Source: a candidate division WOR-3 bacterium
GTDB taxonomy: Bacteria > Hydrothermota > Tepidihabitantia > Tepidihabitantales > Tepidihabitantaceae
NCBI GenBank assembly: GCA_965649205.1
Contig: CBFGJV010000016.1
Location: 1 to 60,112 of the forward strand
Length of the DNA: 60,112 nt
Direction of reading: 5' to 3'
Made by a program: the position numbers and the translations under genes. Shown in pieces: positions 59,908 through 60,112 of this stretch (position 1 is the first letter of the stretch; the number at the start of each line of letters is the position of its first letter). The notes below the pieces were generated by a model. That model saw nothing but the letters and a program-made list of their open reading frames with translations. It was not told where the DNA came from and did not search any database.

Positions 59908-60112
59908 TCAGTACTTGGGGTTACTACCGACTATATTACCGGGACGAGAGCTCTTGTAGTCCATTTTCATGGCTTCTCGTACCAGTTTCATAGTTTCGGC
60001 TCCCTCGTTGCGAGCGCGTGCGGTGCCGGTTGCCAAAATATCCCACACTAAGTCGGGATTACGCATGTATTCACTACGTTTTTGTCTGATAGGATCTAGA
60101 AAGCGATTTAGG
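59908..60112 (-). CDS. trpS: 3' end of tryptophanyl-tRNA synthetase (partial, runs off the window)
   Basis: Manual translation LNRFLDPIRQKRSEYMRNPDLVWDILATGTARARNEGAETMKLVREAMKMDY...* resembles the TrpRS C-terminus; absent from the ORF track. Confidence 0.75.
   Translation of the reverse strand, partial: LNRFLDPIRQKRSEYMRNPDLVWDILATGTARARNEGAETMKLVREAMKMDYKSSRPGNIVGSNPKY

Overview
Bacterial chromosomal window, standard genetic code, with no phage, IS, integron or CRISPR signal. The protein architectures (many secreted proteins ending in T9SS/FlgD-Ig-like C-terminal domains, a SprA/Sov homologue, a TonB-dependent receptor, TolB) suggest a diderm FCB-related lineage, possibly candidate division WOR-3. 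That taxon is an inference only. Housekeeping content: metG, tatD, rsmA, dut, rnhA-like, rpmB, prpE/acs, hutU, gyrB, pilB/pilC, tolB, folD, ispA, dxs, comEA, rseP, dxr, ispD, the 3' end of trpS and four tRNAs (Val-GAC, Lys-CTT, Arg-TCG, His-GTG). The strongest hidden signal is that ORFs 18813-19001 and 19020-20228 are one gene read through an in-frame TGA. This gives a U-x-x-C thioredoxin-fold selenoprotein with a SECIS-like hairpin, a signal peptide, two Ig/CARDB-like repeats and a T9SS-type C-terminal domain, i.e. a candidate secreted selenoprotein. Other notable items: a coupled operon of C-lobe-only pseudokinase-PASTA / PEGA / repeat lipoprotein / TonB receptor; a fibre-like protein paired with a small CTD protein; an S8 protease split by a BNR propeller; a non-canonical radical-SAM-like protein; a helix-rich 600-nt intergenic region; and an apparent GC step near 37 kb. 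All calls are by eye from motifs; no searches were run.
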